A stretch of DNA of 64,000 nt, taken from positions 9,978 through 73,977 of the forward strand of contig CAZHMJ010000001.1 of the NCBI GenBank assembly GCA_964533805.1, read 5' to 3'. This document shows, piece by piece, positions 51,954 through 60,942 of the stretch. A program made the translations under genes and the position numbers. The stretch's first letter is position 1. Each line of letters starts with the position of its first letter. The notes under the pieces were generated by a model. It ran no database searches, was not told the DNA's origin, and saw only the letters and a list, made by a program, of their open reading frames with translations. This DNA comes from an uncultured Anaerolineae bacterium. Lineage in GTDB: Bacteria; Chloroflexota; Anaerolineae; Aggregatilineales; Ch27.

Positions 51954-53348
51954 ATGCGCTATCACATCTGGACCCTGGGCTGCCAAATGAACGTGGCCGA
52001 TTCGCAGCTCCTCGCTTCGGAACTGGAAAAACGCGGCCACCATGCCGCGGATAACTGGGAAGACGCCGACATCTGGGTGATCAACACCTGCGTCGTGCGC
52101 CAGTCCGCCGAGGACAAAGCCTACGGCCGCCTCAACGAACTCAAGCACCTCAAGCAGCGCCACCCCGGCAAGATCATCGGCCTGATGGGCTGCCTGGTCG
52201 GCGTGCGCGATCCGCTCCGCCTGCGCAAGCAGCTTCCCCAGGTGGATGTCTTCCTGCCGCCCTCCGATCCGGCCCCGATGATCGACTTCCTGAGCCAGCA
52301 CAGCGCCGAGGGCGAGGCGATCCAGGCCGAGGCCATCGCCCGCGCCGAGCGCGACGCTCTCCAGGACGGCGAACTGCTCCTGCCCCAACACGAGCGTTAC
52401 GCCCTGATCAGCGCCCACGTGCCGATCGTCTACGGCTGCTCGTTCGCGTGCAGCTATTGCATCATCCCCTTCCGGCGCGGGATCGAGCACAGTCGCCCGG
52501 TGGGCGAGATCGTCGGCCACGTGCGCAGCCTGGGCCGCCAGGGCGTCAAGGAGATCACCCTGCTCGGCCAGATCGTCGACCGCTACGGCAAGGACATCCC
52601 CGACGGCCCCACCCTGGCCGACCTGCTGCACGTCGTCCACGATGCGGCCGAGGAAACCGGGATCGAGCGCATCCGCTTTCTGACCAGCCATCCCAACTGG
52701 ATGACCGATCGCCTGCTGGATACCGTGGCCGAACTGCCACGCGTGATGCCGCACATCGAGGTCCCCAACCAGGCCGGCGACAACGAGGTCCTGGCCCGGA
52801 TGAAGCGCGGTTACACCATCGAGCAGTACGTCGACCTGGTGGGCAAGATTCGGGATCGCATCCCCGAAGTGGCGATCCACACCGACATCATCGTCGGCTT
52901 CCCCGGCGAGACCGAGTCCCAGTTCCAGCGCACCTACGACGTGCTGGCCCAACTCCGCCTGGACAAGGCCCACATCGCCAAGTACAGCCCGCGGCCCAAC
53001 ACCCTCAGCGCGCGCACGATGCCCGACGACGTGCCCGCCGGGGAAAAGGAACGCCGCCGCAAGGCTCTGGACGACCTTCAGGCCCAGGTGGTGGCCGGGA
53101 TCAACGCCCGCTGGCTGGGCCGGACGGTGCCCGTCCTCTTCGAGGAGCAGCACAAGGGCAAGTGGCGCGGCCGCACCCCGCAAAACAAGTTGGTCTTCGT
53201 GGACAGCGCCGACAACCTGCTCGGCCGGGTCGAAAACGTGGAGATCACCTGGACCGGCCCGTGGAGCATGCAGGGCCGCCTGCCCGGCCGCCAGTCCGAC
53301 CCAGCGCCGGAGGTGATCGAAGTCCTCCCGATCGCGTCCTCGCGGTGA
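51954..53348 (+). CDS. miaB: tRNA-i6A37 methylthiotransferase (radical SAM MTTase)
   Basis: ATG 51954. N-terminal IWTLGCQMNVADS, radical-SAM cluster CSFACSYC, and a C-terminal TRAM-like region. Confidence 0.85.
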   Translation: MRYHIWTLGCQMNVADSQLLASELEKRGHHAADNWEDADIWVINTCVVRQSAEDKAYGRLNELKHLKQRHPGKIIGLMGCLVGVRDPLRLRKQLPQVDVFLPPSDPAPMIDFLSQHSAEGEAIQAEAIARAERDALQDGELLLPQHERYALISAHVPIVYGCSFACSYCIIPFRRGIEHSRPVGEIVGHVRSLGRQGVKEITLLGQIVDRYGKDIPDGPTLADLLHVVHDAAEETGIERIRFLTSHPNWMTDRLLDTVAELPRVMPHIEVPNQAGDNEVLARMKRGYTIEQYVDLVGKIRDRIPEVAIHTDIIVGFPGETESQFQRTYDVLAQLRLDKAHIAKYSPRPNTLSARTMPDDVPAGEKERRRKALDDLQAQVVAGINARWLGRTVPVLFEEQHKGKWRGRTPQNKLVFVDSADNLLGRVENVEITWTGPWSMQGRLPGRQSDPAPEVIEVLPIASSR

Positions 53349-53582
53349 CTGACGCCCGATTCGACCCATTCCAACTCGACACAGATGACACAGATAGGAC
53401 GGATGGGCACGGTTTCTCAAGAGGGAACCCGTGTCTATCTACCTGCTCTGTGTCTCCGTGTTGAGTTGAAAGATTGCCCAATCGACTCGCCTGTCGTCAG
53501 GCAAGCGCAGGCCAATCACTGAGCATCGGCCCGCCAGGGCGTGTATACTGCGATGGAACCGCTGTCACCGGGAGGATGAGAC

Positions 53583-55220
53583 ATGGATCGCTACGGATTC
53601 GCAATCTGGGCGCTGATCGCGGGCCTCGTGATCGGGCTGGTGGGGAATGTGCTGTTCTACGGTAAGGAGATCGGCCTCTCGTTCCCGCTGTTCACCCTGA
53701 TCATGATCGGCGCGGTCCTGCTCTCGGCGCGGCTGAAAGGCGTCGCGCCCCGCTGGCGCAACCTGTGGCTGCTGCCGCCGCTGATCGTCTTCGCCGGGAT
53801 GTTCGCCGTGCTGGCCAGCCCATCCCTGCTGATGAGCAACGGGCTGGCCGTCCTGGCACTCGGCGCCCTGGGCCTCTTTTACCTGACCTCCGAGCGCAAT
53901 GTCGACACCGATGGGACCATGACTTACCTCACCGGCCTGTTCGAGGCCGGTCTCTCCACCTTCATCGTGCCCTTCTTCACGCTTGCCGATGGCTGGAGCT
54001 GGCTGCGCCAGCGCGGCAACCGGCGGCCGACCGCCCTGGGGGCGGTCCTGCGCGGGCTGCTGCTGGCGATCCCGCTGCTGCTGATCCTGGCCCTCCTGCT
54101 CGGCTCAGCCGACGCGGTCTTCGGAGAGTTTCTCAGCCGGTTCTGGGACCTGTTCCACATCGAGAACCTGGAAGACCTGATCGGCCAGGGGACGCTGGTC
54201 GTGATGTTGGGCTGGGTGGCCTGCGGGGCGATCGCCTATGGCGTGACCCGCGACAGCCGCCTGAGCGTCCCCGCAACGAGCAACGCCGATCCCTTCGCGG
54301 CGGAGACTGATGCCCCACAGATGACCGCCGCACAGCCCTCAGCACCGACGGGCGGCTGGAAGCTGGGCCTGATCGAGTCCGGGATCGTGCTGGGCAGCGT
54401 CGACCTGCTCTTCGCGGCGTTCGTGTTGGTTCAATTCGCGTACTTCTTCGGGGGGCAGACCAATATCTCGGTCGAAGGGCTGACCTACGCCGAATACGCC
54501 CGGCGCGGCTTCTTCGAGCTGGTCACCGTGTCGGTAATCGTGCTGGGGCTGGCCCTGCTGCTCGATTCGATCACGGTGCGAACCAGCCCCGCCCAGCACA
54601 CCGTTTTCCGCGTCCTGGCAATTGTCCTGATCGGCCTGACCACGATCATGCTCGTCTCGGCCTGGGGACGGATGAGCCTCTACGAATCCGAATACGGCTT
54701 CACCCATCTGCGCCTGTATACCCACCTGTTCATGCTGTGGATGGGCGTGCTGTTCGTCTTCTTCCTACTGTCGCTGTTCCGGGTGCGGGAGCACATCTTC
54801 TCGCTGGGCCTGCTGGTCGTCCTGATCGGCTACCTCGCCACGCTGAACCTGGTCAACCCGGATTACACCATCGCCCGGCTCAATATCGATCGCTACTGGG
54901 CAGGTCAGGCGCTGGACTTTCCCTATCTGGATCAACTCTCAACGGATATGATCCCGGCCCTGGTTCCGCTGTACGAGGAAACCGCCGAGCGCGATCCCCA
55001 GGCGCACGAGTGCGCCGCCCAGGTCCTCAGCGGCCATCTGCAACGTCTGGATACTCTGCGCGCGGGCGCAGGCGGCACGATTTTCTCGGCCAACCTGTCG
55101 CGGGATGGCGCGTGGGCGCTGCTCGATCCGCTCCGGAATCAGTTACCTGACTACGATTGGGAGACGCTGTACAGCGAGGATTGTGGCGGGTCAGGCTATG
55201 GCCGTGACTGGATGGATTGA
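53583..55220 (+). CDS. DUF4153/DUF4173-like polytopic membrane protein
   Basis: 545-aa ORF with 10 or more TM helices. N-terminus ...LVIGLVGNVLFYGKEIGLSFPLFTLIMIG resembles that family. GGAGG RBS upstream. Confidence 0.6.
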   Translation: MDRYGFAIWALIAGLVIGLVGNVLFYGKEIGLSFPLFTLIMIGAVLLSARLKGVAPRWRNLWLLPPLIVFAGMFAVLASPSLLMSNGLAVLALGALGLFYLTSERNVDTDGTMTYLTGLFEAGLSTFIVPFFTLADGWSWLRQRGNRRPTALGAVLRGLLLAIPLLLILALLLGSADAVFGEFLSRFWDLFHIENLEDLIGQGTLVVMLGWVACGAIAYGVTRDSRLSVPATSNADPFAAETDAPQMTAAQPSAPTGGWKLGLIESGIVLGSVDLLFAAFVLVQFAYFFGGQTNISVEGLTYAEYARRGFFELVTVSVIVLGLALLLDSITVRTSPAQHTVFRVLAIVLIGLTTIMLVSAWGRMSLYESEYGFTHLRLYTHLFMLWMGVLFVFFLLSLFRVREHIFSLGLLVVLIGYLATLNLVNPDYTIARLNIDRYWAGQALDFPYLDQLSTDMIPALVPLYEETAERDPQAHECAAQVLSGHLQRLDTLRAGAGGTIFSANLSRDGAWALLDPLRNQLPDYDWETLYSEDCGGSGYGRDWMD

Positions 55221-55233
55221 GCCGCCGCGGCGT

Positions 55234-55623
55234 TCAGATTGCCATTCGCCGGTCGGAGCCGGTCAACTGCCGACGGGCATCATCCAGCGTGTCGGCAAAT
55301 GAGATGGTCTGCATCATCTCCGGGCGCATGCGCCGCAGGGCGTTGAACAGGGCGCGCATCATCAGCGGAGCGCCCACGAACACGGTCCGGTCGGCGTTGT
55401 GATGGGCGGCGCTGACCACGCGCTCGCCCGGCCAGATCGGCCCATCACTCATCAATCCGGCCGAGCGCAGGTCGACGATGTAGTGCACACGGTGATCGAG
55501 GTGATCCATCCAGCCGTGGGCCTGCTGGACGGCCGCGTAAAGCTCCGGCCAGGCCCAGTCCCCGTCGACCCGGTACAGCAGCGCCTTCTTTTCTCCGTCT
55601 GCCCAATCCAGCGTGACGGTCAT
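55234..55623 (-). CDS. hypothetical small protein, STAS/SpoIIAA-like pattern (paralog A)
   Basis: 129-aa ORF with ATG 6 nt after GGAGA. Clearly homologous to 55916..56302 (shared W-A-D...LLY...G.W.W..LYAAV.QAH.W.D..DH.VH.IVD...AG......FVGAP......LF..L.R). Confidence 0.6.
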   Translation of the reverse strand: MTVTLDWADGEKKALLYRVDGDWAWPELYAAVQQAHGWMDHLDHRVHYIVDLRSAGLMSDGPIWPGERVVSAAHHNADRTVFVGAPLMMRALFNALRRMRPEMMQTISFADTLDDARRQLTGSDRRMAI

Positions 55624-55915
55624 CCCTGATCTCCAGCCCTGCGTATTTTCTTCAGCCAGTCGACTTGCCGTATCCTTGGTTACGTGTCAGGCAAGACGCC
55701 TGTCTGGCGAACTCGTTAACCCCACTATACCTCGATCCATCGTTGTAGTATATAGCTCTTCTCTACTATTCACTCTTTTTTAACGCTCCGCCAATGATCT
55801 ACTCCGTTGCTTTGGGATATGACCCGCCCACCCTGAGCTTCCGGGCAATCAAATCGACAGCGCCGGGGCTTAGCCGGCGCTGCACTCCCACGATCAAAGC
55901 TCGATGGAAAGGCGC

Positions 55916-56302
55916 TCAGGCCACCGCCCGCGCCGTCACCTGTAACAACTCGTAGGCCATTTCCATCGAAGCGACACACTGGAGCCGGTAGTTGACCTGG
56001 GGATACAGGCGCCCCAGCACACTGAACAGCGCCTGCATGAAAACCGGCGCGCCGACGAACACGGTCATCCCCGAACGAGGATGGACGGCCGTCGCCAGCC
56101 GGCGGCCGTGGCGCAGCGGGTTCTCGCCCATGCGCCCGGCCTCGCGCATGTCGACAATACTATGGACGACGTGGTCGACCTCGTCCAGCCAGCGGTGCGC
56201 CTGGAGCACGGCGGCATACAAATCGCCCCACAACCAGGTGCCCTGGACTTCATACAGCAGGAGAGTGTGTTCGGCATCCGCCCAACGCAGATTGACTGAC
56301 AT
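55916..56302 (-). CDS. hypothetical small protein, STAS/SpoIIAA-like pattern (paralog B)
   Basis: 128-aa ORF with RBS AGAGGA upstream. Paralog of 55234..55623. Confidence 0.6.
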   Translation of the reverse strand: MSVNLRWADAEHTLLLYEVQGTWLWGDLYAAVLQAHRWLDEVDHVVHSIVDMREAGRMGENPLRHGRRLATAVHPRSGMTVFVGAPVFMQALFSVLGRLYPQVNYRLQCVASMEMAYELLQVTARAVA

Positions 56303-56441
56303 GGTGGTCCTCTTGGCGCAAGTACCTCCGTCTTTCCATTAAGGTATCATAAAAATATAACACCAATCAATAGTCCTCCTTTACTATTCGCTCTATCATC
56401 ACCATCGCGCTCGCGTCAGGCAAGCATCAGCTACTCACTGC

Positions 56442-56470
56442 TTGAACTCGCCCAGCCTCAGACCTACAAT
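56442..56470 (+). promoter_or_regulatory. sigma-70-type promoter for the ABC-2 exporter operon
   Basis: TTGAAC (56442..56447), 17-nt spacer, TACAAT (56465..56470). RBS AAGGAG lies before ATG 56510. Confidence 0.6.
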
Positions 56471-56509
56471 CTCCGGCCTGAGACCGCCCGCCAAAGGAGT
56501 CGCGCCGCG

Positions 56510-57481
56510 ATGCCCGATCCGATTTCCGCAGGCTCAGCCGTGTATGAGGTGGAGGACCTGATCAAGCTGTATCCAGGCCAGACCACCCCGGCGAACGATC
56601 GACTCACCTTCAAGGTCGAGCGCGGCGAAATCTTCGGCCTGCTGGGGGCCAACGGGGCGGGCAAAACGACCCTCGTCCGCCAGCTTGCCAATCTCCTGGC
56701 CCCCACCAGCGGATCGATCCGGCTCTTCGGCCGCCCGCTGACTTGCACTCCCCTCTATACCCCCGGTCTGATCGGCTACATGCCCCAGAGCGGGTATGCC
56801 ATGAACATGGTCACGGTCGCCGAGACGCTGTATTTCACCGCCCACCTGCGCGGCCTTTCCCGTCCCGACGCCCGCCGCGAACGCGATGCACTGATCGACC
56901 GGCTCAACCTGGGCGCGCTGCGCGACCGGGTCGTGCCCCGCCTGAGCGGCGGACAGCGCCGGCTGGTCCTGCTGGCGACCGCGCTGGCGGCCTCGCCGCC
57001 GGTGCTGATCCTGGACGAGCCGACCAACGACCTCGATCCCCAGCATCGCCGCCTGGTGTGGGATACCGTGCGCGCCACCAACCGGGAACACGGCTCGGCG
57101 GTCATCCTGGTCACGCACAACGTGGTGGAAGCCGAGCAGGTGATCGAGCGGGTGGGCATCATCCAGCGCGGCCGGTTGATCGCCGTTGGGCGACCCGGCC
57201 AACTCAAGGCCGACCTGAACCACCAGCTCCGCCTGGAAATCCTCTTCGACCCGGCCAACCCACCCAGCCTGCCCGCCGCCGCGCAGCCGCGCGAGTTGGC
57301 GCCAGGCCGCTGGTTCCTGCTCCTCGATCGCGCCGCCGGGCCGGCCTACGTGGCCGCCCTGACCGATAACCCGGCCGTGGAAGACTTCCGCCTGAGCACG
57401 GCCACCCTGGAAGACCTCTACCTCGCCCTGGCCGAGCCGCTGCCCAACGGCCATGCCCCCGCAGATCAGAGCGCCCCATGA
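56510..57481 (+). CDS. ABC transporter ATP-binding protein (ABC-2/DrrA-like)
   Basis: Walker A GANGAGKTTL, signature LSGGQRRL, Walker B LILDEPT. Confidence 0.9.
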   Translation: MPDPISAGSAVYEVEDLIKLYPGQTTPANDRLTFKVERGEIFGLLGANGAGKTTLVRQLANLLAPTSGSIRLFGRPLTCTPLYTPGLIGYMPQSGYAMNMVTVAETLYFTAHLRGLSRPDARRERDALIDRLNLGALRDRVVPRLSGGQRRLVLLATALAASPPVLILDEPTNDLDPQHRRLVWDTVRATNREHGSAVILVTHNVVEAEQVIERVGIIQRGRLIAVGRPGQLKADLNHQLRLEILFDPANPPSLPAAAQPRELAPGRWFLLLDRAAGPAYVAALTDNPAVEDFRLSTATLEDLYLALAEPLPNGHAPADQSAP

Positions 57482-58272
57482 ACGCCTCCAATTCAAAATT
57501 CAGCATTCAGAATTCAAAATTGTCTTTCCAGCCGTTCCTGGTTCAGCTCGCCGACCTGACCCTGCTCCAGCTCACCAACTGGCGCTGGTCGTGGCGCGGC
57601 CTGCTCCTGACCGGGATCGTCGCCCCGACTTTCACCATCCTGGCCCTGGGCACCTTCGCCGCGGAGAGCGGCCCGGTCGCCCTGGGCTATGTCCTGACCG
57701 GCAACCTGGTGATCTCGCTCCTGTTCTCGACGATGGGCCAGGTGAGCAGCCATTTCGCCTTCATGCGCAATGTCGGACGGCTGGAGTTTTTCGCCACCCT
57801 GCCCGTCTATCGCAGCGCGCTCGTCCTGGCGACTCTGGCCGCGTTTTTCGCCCTGTCCCTGCCCTCGACTGTGGCCACGCTGCTCATCGGGACGATCGCC
57901 CTCCAGGTGCCGCTGAGCATCAGCCCGTGGGTGTTGGTTGTCGTGCCCCTGATCAGCCTCAGCCTGAGTGGGCTGGGCACGCTGATCGGCCTGATCGGCC
58001 GCACCCCGGAGGAGGTCAGCAGCCTGAACATGCTCACGACGTTCATCCTGGCTGGCCTGGGACCGGTCGTCTTCCCGCCGGAGAGTCTGCCGCCGATCAT
58101 GAGCGTGATCGGATTACTCTCCCCCGCGACTTATGCGGCCTCGGCCCTGCGTCAGGTGATCCTGGGCTGGCCGGATCGCCTGCCCCTGGCCCTCGACCTG
58201 GCTGTCCTGGCCGCGATCACGGGCGGGCTGCTGTGGATGGTCGAGCGCCGACTGGACTGGCGGGTCACATAA
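57478..58272 (+). CDS. ABC-2 type transporter permease
   Basis: 264-aa six-TM protein. ATG overlaps the ATPase stop (ATGA). Confidence 0.8.
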   Translation: MNASNSKFSIQNSKLSFQPFLVQLADLTLLQLTNWRWSWRGLLLTGIVAPTFTILALGTFAAESGPVALGYVLTGNLVISLLFSTMGQVSSHFAFMRNVGRLEFFATLPVYRSALVLATLAAFFALSLPSTVATLLIGTIALQVPLSISPWVLVVVPLISLSLSGLGTLIGLIGRTPEEVSSLNMLTTFILAGLGPVVFPPESLPPIMSVIGLLSPATYAASALRQVILGWPDRLPLALDLAVLAAITGGLLWMVERRLDWRVT

Positions 58273-58298
58273 AAAAACCGCCGATATCTATCCGGCGG
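58271..58298 (-). terminator. rho-independent terminator for the minus-strand DUF4405 operon
   Basis: GC stem ccgccg (58278..58283) / cggcgg (58293..58298). On the minus strand it is followed by TTTTTTT (plus-strand aaaaaaa at 58271..58277). Confidence 0.6.
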
Positions 58299-58327
58299 CG
58301 TGCAGCATGCCTCGATCGCGGTTGAAG

Positions 58328-58771
58328 TTATTGCCCTGCGCCCTGGCCTTGCCCTCGCCCTAGCCCCCGCCCGGCCCACATCGGCGCGCCATCCGGCCCG
58401 CGCAGGGTCACCTCCGCGCCCGACGATGTCGTGATCTGGACCGCCTTGAATTCATCCACTTCCGGGTAGCCGAGCAGGGTTACGGTTTCGCCTGGCCGGC
58501 AGGCGAAGCCCTGCCCTAGCGCGTACGCCCAGGGCTGACCTTCCACAATCACTTCGGTCTCGCCGTCCGTCCTGACGACCAGCATTTCGCCATCGACCGT
58601 GAGCGCCGTCCCGTGAATGGTCTGCATGTCCACGGCCACCGCCTCGGATTCCGAGCTTCCAGTCACGACCTCGCCCGACCCCAGTTTGGCCGAGGTCCGG
58701 TTGATGGCCCCGCTGACCAGCACCACGGCCAGTCCCAGCCAAGCGATGCCCCAGATCAGTCGCTTAGTCAT
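58328..58771 (-). CDS. hypothetical secreted or anchored protein with Gly-rich tail
   Basis: ATG 58771 lies 6 nt after GGAGG. Signal/anchor KRLIWGIAWLGLAVVLVSGA, then a beta-rich core, ending GRGLGRGQGQGAGQ. Confidence 0.6.
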   Translation of the reverse strand: MTKRLIWGIAWLGLAVVLVSGAINRTSAKLGSGEVVTGSSESEAVAVDMQTIHGTALTVDGEMLVVRTDGETEVIVEGQPWAYALGQGFACRPGETVTLLGYPEVDEFKAVQITTSSGAEVTLRGPDGAPMWAGRGLGRGQGQGAGQ

Positions 58772-58781
58772 GGTCAACCTC

Positions 58782-59393
58782 CTAACCCTGGCGAGCCGTA
58801 ACAGCCCCAGGGATGGGGCGAGGGGAAGTCCGTCCCAGGATGCGCCGGGTCACGTTGACGACCCAGCGCCAGTGAATGGCGAAGTGCACCACCGCCGCCA
58901 GCACCAAAACCACCCCGGCCCAGGTGTGAACGACATCCCAGGTCACCCGGTCGACCAGAAAAACCGTGCCTGCCGGTGCCAGCCAGAAGTACAGTCCCGA
59001 CACAGCGGTCAGCAGGAAGCTCACAGCCACGATGACATCGATCAGGATGTTGTTCCAGGCCCCGCGCGACATCGTCGTCCGGCGTTCCCGGAGGCAGACA
59101 CCCGCCCGGCATGCCATCATCCTGACCCAGCCCCAGTGCAGCGCAAAGTGAACGGCGGCGGCGGCGATCATCGCCAATCCACCCCAGGTATGCAGGTCTT
59201 TCCAGGTCGTCCGGGAGAACAGCAGCGCCAGGTCATAAGCCGGGTTACGCCCGCCCTGGTACCCGCCCACCGGGAAGTACAGAAAGTAAATGCCCGTGAG
59301 TGACGCGATCAGCGCGCTACTCAGCACCACTGCATCCAACATCCAGTTCCACCGCGTTCGCGGGGCGACACTACCTCGGTCTTTCACTGCCAT
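58782..59393 (-). CDS. DUF4405-like (cytochrome b-like) membrane protein
   Basis: Two repeated halves, each with a conserved His pair: HTWGGLAMIAAAAVHFALHW and HTWAGVVLVLAAVVHFAIHW. Four TM helices. Start is ATG 59393, or 59426. Confidence 0.65.
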   Translation of the reverse strand: MAVKDRGSVAPRTRWNWMLDAVVLSSALIASLTGIYFLYFPVGGYQGGRNPAYDLALLFSRTTWKDLHTWGGLAMIAAAAVHFALHWGWVRMMACRAGVCLRERRTTMSRGAWNNILIDVIVAVSFLLTAVSGLYFWLAPAGTVFLVDRVTWDVVHTWAGVVLVLAAVVHFAIHWRWVVNVTRRILGRTSPRPIPGAVTARQG

Positions 59394-59602
59394 GCCTCCA
59401 TTCCGCTGCTGCCCTTGCCAACCCATTCAGCGCCAGTATAGGGCGGTCTTGCGAGGAACTTGTGTGGACACTATGAAGAACCTGTGAAGAAGTCCGGTCT
59501 GGCCGAATTGATCAGTGGCAATCCGTGTTTCACCCTTGTTATCCGATCCCAGAGTTTTTCTCTGCCACCCGCTCCGGCGATTCGCCAGACGGCAAGCCGC
59601 GG

Positions 59603-59611
59603 TGCTAGAAT
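59603..59611 (+). promoter_or_regulatory. extended -10 promoter
   Basis: TGCTAGAAT, about 50 nt upstream of ATG 59661 (RBS AAGGAGG). Confidence 0.4.
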
Positions 59612-59660
59612 CCGGGCTGTGAAATGGCCGCACTGGCGCCAGGCAAAGGAGGCCCAGACC

Positions 59661-60902
59661 ATGAAACTCAGACCCTATGCCCACCGGTTGTGGATCGCCA
59701 TCGTCGTGCTGGCCTTCGGCAGCCTGGCCTGCAACCTGATCCAGAATCAGCAGCCCTCCCCCCTGGTCACGCCGACCTCGGCCTCCGGCGCGCCGACTGT
59801 CACGATCAACAGCCCGGCCAATGGCGGCGAAGTCGCGGTCGGTCAGGAAGTCCTGATCCAGTCCACAGCCCAGGATGGGGTCGGGGTGACGCGCATCGAG
59901 TTGCGCGTGAATGGCTTCATCGTCAACACGGTGCCCGCCGAGTCGCCGCTGGGCGACCAGGAATTCTCCGTGATCCAGTCCTGGCGTCCGACGGAGGCCG
60001 GTACGGCCACGCTCCAGGTGACAGCCTATCGCGGCTCGATCGCCAGCGCGCCGGCCCAGATCGCACTCACGGTGCGCGCCAGCGCGGCCCAGATCACCTC
60101 CACCCTGCAACCCTTGCCCGGCGTGACCCAGGTTGCGACCGACGACCCCACCTGCCGGGCGCGGATCGAAGTCGAAGGGCTGAACTTCCGCACCGGGCCG
60201 GGAACGACCTATCCGATCCTGAACGTCCTGACCCTGGGCAACCTGGTCCGGATCACCGGACGGCTGGCCGACAACAGTTGGTGGCAGGTTCAGAACGGCC
60301 TCGATTACGGCTGGATCAGCTCGGCCTACACGACCCAAATGGGCAATTGCAGCGCCATCGCGATCATCCAGCCGCCGCCCAGCCCCACCCCACGTCCGGC
60401 CACGGCCACACCGACCACGCCGCCGACCAGCACGCCAATCCCAGGCTCGCCGACGCCCACCTTCACGCCAACGCCGCAGGTCCCGGACCTGGTCGTCTCG
60501 GCCATCGAAGGCCCGGCCCTGCTCGAACTGAACGCCTCCGGCACGGTCGGCGCGCGCTACACGGTCCGCCTGCTCAACCAGGGCACCGGCAACAGCGGCC
60601 AGTTCGCTACCAGCTTCCGCCTGCCGGATGGCACCGTCGCCCTGCTGCCCATCGTGGTCAACCTGGCCCCGTCGCAGTCGGTCGATCTGCCGGTGGACGT
60701 AACCTTCAATGCCTCGGCATCTTACCGGCTGGAAGCCACGATCGACAGCGGCTCGCAGGTGGCCGAACGCGACGAGGGCAACAACGTTCGCATCCTGGAC
60801 GTGGTGATCACCAACCCGCCCACGACCGGGCTGACCGCGGCTCCGGTCGTATCCGGGGCAGCCCTGACCGGCCCGCTGGTCGTGATCACCCTTGCGCCGT
60901 GA
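59661..60902 (+). CDS. lipoprotein-like secreted protein: Ig-like plus SH3b plus Pro/Thr linker plus CARDB-like domain
   Basis: ATG 59661. Lipobox-like LAFGSLAC. Ig-like VTINSPANGGEVAVGQEVLIQSTAQDGVGVTRIELRVNG. SH3b-like LNFRTGPGTTYPILNVLTLGNLVRITGRLADNSWWQV. CARDB-like PDLVVSAIEGP...NQGTGNSG...ERDEGNN. Confidence 0.7.
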   Translation: MKLRPYAHRLWIAIVVLAFGSLACNLIQNQQPSPLVTPTSASGAPTVTINSPANGGEVAVGQEVLIQSTAQDGVGVTRIELRVNGFIVNTVPAESPLGDQEFSVIQSWRPTEAGTATLQVTAYRGSIASAPAQIALTVRASAAQITSTLQPLPGVTQVATDDPTCRARIEVEGLNFRTGPGTTYPILNVLTLGNLVRITGRLADNSWWQVQNGLDYGWISSAYTTQMGNCSAIAIIQPPPSPTPRPATATPTTPPTSTPIPGSPTPTFTPTPQVPDLVVSAIEGPALLELNASGTVGARYTVRLLNQGTGNSGQFATSFRLPDGTVALLPIVVNLAPSQSVDLPVDVTFNASASYRLEATIDSGSQVAERDEGNNVRILDVVITNPPTTGLTAAPVVSGAALTGPLVVITLAP

Positions 60903-60942
60903 GCCTGACATCCCATCCCGTCATCGAGGAGCCACGCCCGGT

